Position numbers and translations under genes: made by a program. Positions 61,963-64,000 of a DNA stretch of 64,000 bases are shown piece by piece. The DNA is from Curvularia clavata (lineage: Eukaryota): assembly GCA_023920165.1 (NCBI GenBank), contig CP089277.1, forward strand, positions 3,224,001-3,288,000, in the 5' to 3' direction. Under the pieces are notes generated by a model that saw only the letters and a program-made list of their open reading frames with translations, was not told where the DNA came from and did no database searches. Each line of letters starts with the position of its first letter. The stretch's first letter is position 1.

Positions 61963-63099
61963 ATGCCTCTTCCCACAGGTGTCTATCGCGCCGACCACGT
62001 GGGCTCCTTTCTACGCCCAAAGGCTGTCCTCGACGCGCGCACAAAAGCTGCCAACGGAGAAATCACTGCCGATGAGCTTCGCAAGGTCGAGGACGAGCAC
62101 ATTGCCGATGTCACAAACAAGCAAATAGAGAATGGACTCCGCTCCATTACTGATGGCGAGTTCCGCCGCGCATACTTCCACCTCGACTTTCTCAAGCACC
62201 TCGCTGGTATCGAAGAGAAGGGCCAAGTTGGAAACATCAGGCACAAGGACGGCTTCTCCCCGCCAACACTCGTCGTCACTGGCAAGCTCGGACACCCCGA
62301 GGCTATCCAGGTCAAGGACTTTGAGTTCCTTGAGCAGGCCATTAAAAACAATGGAGGCAAGGCCACGACAAAGGTCTGCATTCCTTCGCCAACAATGGTG
62401 CACTTCCGTGGTGGCCGCGCCTCTATCGATATTTCCGCCTACCCAGACCTAGACGTCTTCTTCGACGACCTCGCGCGCGTATACCAGGAGGAGCTCGACT
62501 CACTGTACAAGGCCGGCTGCCGCTTCGTCCAGCTCGACGACACCAACCTCGCCTACCTTTGCGACCCCGACATGCGCAAGGCCGCCGAGACTGAACGCAA
62601 CGAAGACCTCAGCACGCTTCCCAGGAAATACGCCGAGCTCATCAACAAGGCCATTGAGAAGAGGCCCGCAGATATGAAGATTGGTATCCATCTTTGCCGT
62701 GGCAACTACCGCTCCAAGTGGTTTGCCTCTGGAGGCTATGAGCCCGTGGCTGAGGTCCTCTTCAAGGAGCTCAACGTCGACGCCTACTTCCTTGAGTACG
62801 ACGACGCCCGCTCTGGAGACTTCAGCCCGCTCCGCCACCTCCCTGAGCACAAGGTTGTCGTGCTGGGCGTCATGTCGAGCAAGAAGAACACCTTGGATGA
62901 CAAGGACGAGATCATCAAGAGGCTGCATGAAGCGGCCAAGATTGCACCAAAGGGACTCGACCAGCTGTGTGTTAGCCACCAGTGCGGCTTCAGTTCTACC
63001 GCCGAGGGCAATGAATTGACAGAGGAGGAGCAGTGGGCCAAGGTCAGGCTCAACGTGGAGATTGCAAAGGCTGTCTGGGGCGAGGATATTAGCAAATAA
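61963..63099 (+). CDS. Single-domain cobalamin-independent methionine synthase-like protein (YxjG/YxjH-type)
   Basis: 'YRADHVGSFLRP', 'ITDGEFRR', Zn ligands in 'HLCRGN', 'LEYD' and 'HQCGF'. About 378 aa, no N-terminal MetE barrel, intronless from this ATG. Confidence 0.88.
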   Translation: MPLPTGVYRADHVGSFLRPKAVLDARTKAANGEITADELRKVEDEHIADVTNKQIENGLRSITDGEFRRAYFHLDFLKHLAGIEEKGQVGNIRHKDGFSPPTLVVTGKLGHPEAIQVKDFEFLEQAIKNNGGKATTKVCIPSPTMVHFRGGRASIDISAYPDLDVFFDDLARVYQEELDSLYKAGCRFVQLDDTNLAYLCDPDMRKAAETERNEDLSTLPRKYAELINKAIEKRPADMKIGIHLCRGNYRSKWFASGGYEPVAEVLFKELNVDAYFLEYDDARSGDFSPLRHLPEHKVVVLGVMSSKKNTLDDKDEIIKRLHEAAKIAPKGLDQLCVSHQCGFSSTAEGNELTEEEQWAKVRLNVEIAKAVWGEDISK

Positions 63100-64000
63100 A
63101 TATTTCCAAAGCATTGCTTGAAGCCTCGGCTTCATCGGCTGTCCCGTCCGGCATTATAAAAAGCTTGGCAGGTGTCAGGATCAAGGCGTTGTTGTCATTA
63201 CATTTGTTTTTCTCGGCATATCCACCCATTCTATATGGTGGAGAAAGCAAAGGGTGGGTGTTCCCCATACACGGTTTAGGATGGGAAAGAACATGTGCGA
63301 GTGGAGTTTGGCGCGATGACGGTCATGACCATCACGATCAACTGGTCTGGCCCCTTTTTACCCTTCCAGTTCTCTTCAACGAGTATTGGTGTCTGTGAGG
63401 GATCTACGAAGAGAAGAGAGAAGGAGAAGAAGGACATTAGAAAAAGTAAAAGAGGTTCAACCCCTCTCTTTTTCCCGGTACCTACATAAGTACCTTCCTA
63501 GCTTGTAGATTTTAACAAAAACAAGCATAAGAAGAAAATCAAAAATTACATAACTTTTTGCAAGTTCGCCACGTGCGGTTTTGTGCTTCTTTTTCCTCTC
63601 GTTCGCTCTGCGTGTCGTTTTTGGGGGAGACTATAGACGAGGCCAGAACAGCGACATGATGGAGTGTGTGAGTAAACGTTAAAACGTGTTCTCGGTTTGG
63701 TGGTCATGAGACCGGCATGTGGCGAAAGGTAAGATATACTTAGGTACGCGCTAGGTAGAGGTGAGCGATGGGTGAGCGATAGTTTCGACATGGGAAATTT
63801 GCCCCAGGGAGCGGAGGTTGTTGCAGTGCTTAGTTGATACTTCTGCTCTTTTTATAGGTAGTTACACCAGAAAATGGGAAATGAAAGGTTCGCGAGTATA
63901 TGGGTTGGGTGTGGGAAAGGAAGGGGTTCTGGGTATTACAGCTTATATAGATATACGCTAGATGTAAAGTATGGCCAGAAGGAATAAGGATGGGATGTAT

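Overview
Gene-dense eukaryotic DNA from a filamentous ascomycete. Short GT-AG introns with CTRAC branch points, the gene content and the SdhD numbering suggest Dothideomycetes/Pleosporales (inference). I can support 21 protein-coding genes, mostly spliced: SOM1-like, BET3, SNRNP40, a PY-motif membrane protein, aquaporin, IF1, 14-3-3, SdhD, MPP-beta, SCOC/Slo1-like, phytase, amidase, BAP31, DUS3, CTNNBL1, HET-C, a GT2 synthase, a GH16, a P450, a kelch/specifier-like protein and a single-domain MetE-like enzyme. A further hypothetical gene looks like coilin. No tRNA, rRNA, CRISPR or intact transposon was seen. The best leads are: (1) an ORF-free ~2 kb minus-strand structured RNA at ~20300-22300 with a telomere-template 9-mer and a telomerase-like pseudoknot (candidate telomerase RNA); (2) a head-to-head processive GT2 plus membrane-anchored GH16 pair (candidate glycan synthesis/remodelling module); (3) the likely coilin homologue; (4) a structured, snoRNA-like last intron in SNRNP40. 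All exon boundaries and RNA helices were read by eye and need computational confirmation.
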